Assembly (NCBI GenBank): GCA_024704765.1
Contig: JAKMXF010000111.1
Span: 186,001 to 250,000, forward strand
Direction: 5' to 3'
Source of the DNA: Oopsacas minuta
Lineage: Eukaryota > Animalia > Porifera
Length of the DNA stretch: 64,000 bases
Shown here: positions 58,185-64,000 of the stretch, one piece after another
Layout of the letters: each line of letters opens with the position of its first letter
Numbering within the stretch: the first letter of the stretch is position 1
Program-made: the position numbers and the translations under genes
The notes under the pieces: generated by a model
What the model saw: only the letters and a program-made list of their open reading frames with translations
What the model was told of the DNA's origin: nothing
Database searches by the model: none

Positions 58185-59471
58185 ATGAACGTAGCACCAT
58201 TCATGCCCCAAGAAGGAGATCGTCTCCCAAATTTCCGTCACGAAGTTCGTAACAGGCCACACCCTAATAAAGCATTTCTCTACTGGAAACAGCCACGTAA
58301 TGACATGACAGCATTCACAGCAAACAATAAGCCTGTAGTATGTACGAATGATATATCAGAGACATTCTATCAGGATTATAGTAGGAGGGGTATACCATCT
58401 GGTCAGAAGTATGGAGATAGAGATGAAACACAGAGTGTACAGGTTAATCCCTGGAGGAAACCTATAATCAAGTAAGTTGAACAAGATTCCTTTATGTAGA
58501 TTGACGGATATTGATGTATAAGAATATCTTAGTTACATGGGCGAATAAGAATAAAACAAAATATATGCAATTCTGAAACGGTCGGATACTTTTGTCCTGC
58601 AACATATATACTATACAGATAGCCAACCATTTAATGCAAGTCAATATACACATGTCCTGCTTTTTCGGACATGTGTTGAGGCTAATGTTCCGCAAAAACT
58701 GGCTGAACACGGATTGATCGGGTTTATGCTATCGGTTCGACTGCTACAACACTGGTGTCATCATATGTTATATGATATAGCTATTATGACGGTGCAGCAT
58801 TAGACCCATTAAGAACAACATCTCGTATCAGTAACATATCAAGATTAGAGCGTCCTGTATCAAAAGCGCAATACAAACAGCCTCTACTTAAAACTATTGA
58901 TGAGACAAAAGATTTGACTTGGAAATCTACACCCATATGGTCATCTAATATGATAGATACGGATACTGTTAGGAATCAGTCTAGACAGATGAGAAGTAGA
59001 TTGTCTATTCGTCCTGAGTCAGGTTAGTATATAGTTCAGATAAATTACAGTCGTGTTCTCTCGTTGTCCCAACGAGTATCGGCTTATGCAGTTCAACTGT
59101 ACTAGTCACATAGTCAAAATACTTTCCATCTAGTGTAGCCAATCTTTTCTCCATTAGTTCAACCTATATCCCGTGTACCTAGAGAGATCTCAGACTTCAC
59201 AACCTGGCTACAAAGAAGTGAACCAACCCAACGTGTACAATTCCTTAATTATCTTCGTTCACTTACCACTGTGCTAGAAGAGAATGAAATTGAGACTTAC
59301 CTCAATCCACCACCAGTTAACAAAGCCACACATCTACCAAACAAAAGACAGCCAAATATATCTTACCAATCTCAAGTTCGTATAAATAATCAGAAAAATA
59401 CGAGAAAAGGCAGAGATTTTAACGAAACACTTGATGGAGAAGGGATTGAGATACAGAAATTATTTCCTTAA
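58185..59471 (+). CDS. Hypothetical protein, about 280 aa, 3 exons
   Basis: Exons 58185-58471 (phase 2 donor AA|GTAAGT), 58781-59022 (phase 1) and 59158-59471 join into one open frame. No recognisable domain. Confidence 0.5.
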
Positions 59472-61116
59472 TTATTAAAGCAAGATGAACCAAGGATACA
59501 CTCAATTTATCAGAAATTCCACTGTATTTTATTCACATATATTTATATATCGTATATTATTGAACTGCTGGATTGTTGCACTTATTAGCTATATTATATA
59601 GGGATTTATTATAATACACCGGATAGTAGAACGAGCGAGGGGAAATGAAATTCTTTCGAAATAACGAATTTTCGAGCCTATGGGCATTCGAATTAGCAGG
59701 TGGCTGAAAAGAAACCACAATCCCAGATACAGTCCAACGTCGATTATCAGAACTGGTTGGGACTGGTCAAAAGCGTTCCGATAACAGAGGTAGTTCATGC
59801 ATAGTGAAATTGGAACTGGGACCAAGGGGTATGTTCTGATCATAGAAGTAACACTGAATTCCAAAATTTTCTCACTTTTTGGCTTTTACTGTACAGTGTA
59901 GTGTACATCTGGAAATTCGTGTTTTCCATTGTTGCAACTAAAAAATTCAACTGCTGATATTATGTTAGCAACCGCAAGGTTTCTTACAGGCGTTGGATGG
60001 AATGTATGAAACCTTGAACCGAATATTTGTATCTGTATAGTAATACGGTGGATCAAATCCTTGCTATTCATGAAATCTGATATTGATTTCGCCTGGTTCA
60101 ATCTTTGTTTTTTCATGGAGATTTTTACGTATGTAATTTTCGTAATTTTTTCCTACTTTTCAGGAAATTCTGTAATTTTCAATATTCCAAATATTTTCCT
60201 GATAAATTCCAAATATGGATATTTCTCAATATCTTCAATAGTAAATCGAAATATATTTGTATATCGCGTAATTTTCCACAATTTCATATCGTATTAGAGA
60301 TTTTAACAGATACCCTAATTAACCAAACCATGTCTGACACAAAACTTACCATAACAGGATATGTACAAGAGAATACAGTAGTATCACATACTATATGTAT
60401 ATCAGTAATTATATAACTTGATGTTATTCTGATTTTATATATTTCTGTTACTATTATTATATTTTATTCTACTAAAGATATTTCTAAATATTTATTGCCT
60501 TAATTCAAGATAAAGGTGAGTAGTTTCATTATACTAATTGTTGCTGTTCTATTTTCACCCAAAGTGTTCGCAAGGAAGCATAGCTTGTTAATCGCAATAA
60601 CTGTATTTTTCTACTATCAGTTGCCGACTCATGTGATACTCATACGTAATATCCAATCTATAAATCTAATCATGGCCTATTATAATCATCAACAACCCTA
60701 ATTGTGCTATATTACATACTTCGAAGGCCTTTCAATTGACAAGTTCCAAAGCAATGTACTCCTAGAGTCTATAGTATTGTTTTATTCCACTTCGCTAATC
60801 ATAACGATATATTGTGTAATTGGGACTGTGCTGTTCGGATTAGCGAGGCTATAATGCACTGACTTTCCCAAAGAATGACATCTGGTCACCCTGCTAGCAC
60901 CCCATGTAACAAGTTCACTGTGCATTATGACAAAACCAAAATGAGTAATGTTTAACCAGTTACAAGAATCTGTGAAATATACGTACTTTATACTTAACTG
61001 TTATACCATTTTCATCGACTATTATCACTAGTAATTTTGTCGTATATGTCCATGAGCTACATGTATGTCTACTGACTATTTGTATTAATTCATACTCCTA
61101 TAAATATTTAGCAATA

Positions 61117-61986
61117 ATGGCCACATCTAATCCTATTGGACTAGAACCTGTTGAGGATAATTTTGGGAGAGTGAGAACTGGAATTGATTACTCGAGCAAG
61201 ATGCAACCTCTAGTGAGTATTAGTCAGAGAGAAATTGGAAATATTGAACCCAAAAGGCCACAAGGTGTTACAATAGATGACAGAACTGGAGATATTTATA
61301 TATTAGATTGGTTTGATAACTGTGTTAAAGTATTTGACAGTACAGCTAAGTATATGTTCAAATTTGGTCACAGACGAGGTGAAGGAATGATGTCCTATCC
61401 GAAAAGTTTAGCTATTTGTAGGAGTAGGATTATAATTACTCAGAACCACGGTATACTTAATTATAGTCTTGATGGTGAATATATTTCTAGAATTGGTATG
61501 CATGGAAACGGAGAGTTAGAATTCAGTTATCCTTGGGGTATAGCAATCAATGAATCTAATAATGATATTTACATTTGTGATTATTATAACCATCGAGTTC
61601 AAATACTCTCACAAGATTTCCAATTCCCATCACAATTTGGTTCATTCAAATACCCTCGTGATGTTAAACTCTCTAAAGAATACATTTATGTGTTAGATAC
61701 ATCTAATCCTTGTATCCATCTATTCAATCATAACCACATACTCCAGAAGAGTGTAATTTCACGAGGACTAGGAAATCAAGTCATTAATCCTCGATCATTC
61801 TTTATTGACAATTCTAACAACATTCTAATTGTTGATTATTCTTCTGATTCTATTTCTATCTTCAATCCTGAATTCCAATCAATTCATAATATTCCAGTCT
61901 CTAAGCATCCAACAGCAATAACAGTAGACAATCATGATAGAGTTATAGTGGTGTGTTATCATACTGACTGTCTACTGATATTTTGA
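61117..61986 (+). CDS. NHL-repeat beta-propeller protein
   Basis: Motifs PQGVTIDD, YPKSLAI, YPWGIAINE, IYICDYYNHRVQI, YPRDVKL and HPTAITVD. Probable non-coding exon with donor at 60516. Confidence 0.9.
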   Translation: MATSNPIGLEPVEDNFGRVRTGIDYSSKMQPLVSISQREIGNIEPKRPQGVTIDDRTGDIYILDWFDNCVKVFDSTAKYMFKFGHRRGEGMMSYPKSLAICRSRIIITQNHGILNYSLDGEYISRIGMHGNGELEFSYPWGIAINESNNDIYICDYYNHRVQILSQDFQFPSQFGSFKYPRDVKLSKEYIYVLDTSNPCIHLFNHNHILQKSVISRGLGNQVINPRSFFIDNSNNILIVDYSSDSISIFNPEFQSIHNIPVSKHPTAITVDNHDRVIVVCYHTDCLLIF

Positions 61987-63681
61987 TTTACAACTCTTTC
62001 TATTTGGTATATTTTTATCTTTCTTTTTATTGTATTCCCTTTCTTATCATAACGTCTTCACGTATATCTTTACATTATAGTTATTCTTGATTAGTTTACT
62101 ATTTCCTGTTTTGTAGCTTATGTATTGTTTATTCTTTTACTTGTTTACCAAGAATTCTCAAATATTTTCTATATCCTACTTTCGTATATCAAAAGGATAT
62201 TTAACGTATCTAATATCAGGAAATTTCTACAATTTCGTATCGTATTGAAGATTTTAACACAAGTTTTGTATCAGATAAGTCTCGGCAAAACCGATATTTG
62301 CCGAAAATTATCTGACACAAAACTTACCATAACAGAATATGTACAATAGAATACAGTAGTACCACATTACTATATGTATATCAGTAATTATATAACTTGA
62401 TGTTATTCTGATTTTATATATTTCTGTTACTATTATTATATTTTATTCTTCTAAAGATATTTCTGAATATTTATTGTTATAATTTAAGCTTTTAGGTGAG
62501 TAGTTTCGTTAGTTAACTGTTTGATTAAATTTGTAATCACACTAATCCCCTGTAAGTGTTTTCTTTACCATTGGGCGGGTTCGAACCTTTATCTCTTGTG
62601 AACCTCCTATACTAATTTTTCCATATTTTGTGAACCCTATCCCATAGTCTGCAATAAAATTTTACCCTCCTGTAGTCCCCATTATGACACCCTTGGGCCA
62701 TCAACTCGTTCATTAAATGGACACACTAGTTCCTATTCGTGTGAGACATGTTGTACTAACTGGCCTTTTCCATATTCCATAATTACCTCCACTGGTCACT
62801 AGCTTATAGTCAATACTTACAAATTTTACGTTATCAGTCAAAGTGACCAATTGGACATTTATGGTATTCAATAGTATTATACTGGATCTTAAATAAATTC
62901 AGTGAAAACTGCATAAACCGACATCTGTATACTCCAGAAGGCCTCAATAATTCGCAAGTCTTTCTAATTTTAATAGCTTACGAATGCAAATTCGCCTGAA
63001 TAATCTGACAATTGGGTGCTGACCAATTTTCATGGAAAATCTATAATCGCCGATAATAAGCAACTGGTACATTGCCCCCTAACTAAATGTATTATTGGTA
63101 TGTAATAATTCAGAAAAGCCACATTTGTGAATATTTTTAGATCGAAGTGACGTGACGTAATCATGAATATGCCCATATATAGTCATTTCTGAGATTGCGC
63201 AATAATCTTGAGAGATATCATATCAAGATGTATCACAGCATATGGGAAGTTGGGTGTATACTATATAATGGCCATCCTGATATGACCATAAATTCCACGA
63301 TTATAGAGTTATAAGTGGATATTGGTAAAACATGCGACATTCATGGTCTGCACGATAACTCAGAAACATGAATAGATACTTAACGTTCTACACGATTTCA
63401 AATGACGGAGCAGTTATTTATATATATTTGCCATTAACGCTTACAAATGACGTAACTTCGATCTGAAATTTCAAAAATGTGCCGTTTGTCAAATTTTACA
63501 TATCAAAATACATTTATTCGGGTGAAAAGTACTAGTTTCTTGATTTTCACGTCAAATATAGCCACTTCCTCTTACCCCTGGTCCAAATACGTTATCAGGC
63601 CTAATCCTTAGTAGGCCATGACTACAGGTATGTCTACTGACTATTCCTATTGATTCGTATTTCTATAAATATTTAGCAATA

Positions 63682-64000
63682 ATGGCCACCTCTAATCCTA
63701 TTGGACTAGAACCTGTTGAGGATAATTTAGAGAGAGTGAGAACTGGAATTGATTACTCGAGCAAGATACAACCTCTAGTGAGTGCTAGTAAGAGAGAAAA
63801 TGGAAAGGAGGAACTCAAATGGCTACAAGGTGTTACAGTAGATGACAAAACTGGAGATATTTATATAGCAGATTGTTTTAATGACTGTGTTAAAGTATTT
63901 GACAGTACTGCTAAGTATATGTTCAAATTTGGTGACAGAAGAGGTGAAGTAAATATGTCCAATCCAAAAAGCTTCGTTATTTATAAGAGTAGGATTCTAA
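63682..64000 (+). CDS. NHL-repeat protein, tandem paralog of 61117, truncated by the window end
   Basis: Open from ATG 63682 to the edge. MATSNPIGLEPVEDN is identical to the upstream copy and high nucleotide similarity continues. Confidence 0.85.
   Translation, partial: MATSNPIGLEPVEDNLERVRTGIDYSSKIQPLVSASKRENGKEELKWLQGVTVDDKTGDIYIADCFNDCVKVFDSTAKYMFKFGDRRGEVNMSNPKSFVIYKSRIL

Noticed and set aside
899-62349. Numerous 60-110 aa ORFs antisense to or overlapping the called genes, or lying in repeats
   Set aside because: No domains or biased composition; this number is expected by chance or as shadows of real CDS.
62570-62600. GGGTTCGAACC T-loop/B-box-like motif (a similar one lies at about 7563)
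   Set aside because: No cloverleaf, acceptor stem or A-box could be built, so it is not a tRNA.

Overview
AT-rich, gene-dense eukaryotic DNA with GT-AG introns. It is probably from an early-branching animal. The compact intron-poor genes, lineage-type NHL repeat proteins and mariner/MITE load suggest a glass sponge such as Oopsacas, but this taxon call is inference only. In order along the window: IBA57; sphingosine kinase plus a decayed tandem copy; a 1572-aa single-ORF fusion of a Notum/pectinacetylesterase ectodomain with a complete ABCG half-transporter; Nup214; a FAM177-like protein; an NHL protein; TMX1; PAK; an ~18 kb cluster of three spliced genes holding 10 tandem NADAR (YbiA-like) domains (4+2+4); MED8 on the minus strand, whose 5.1 kb first intron contains a whole antisense Gap1/Sar1-type RasGAP gene; CDK9 head-to-head with MED8; a dead mariner nested in a MITE; an orphan 3-exon gene; and two tandem NHL genes, the last cut by the window edge. 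The two strongest candidates for an undescribed system are the multi-NADAR array and the Notum-ABCG fusion. All exon structures were reconstructed by hand (frame and phase checked) and need RNA-seq confirmation. No rRNA, tRNA or CRISPR array could be supported.
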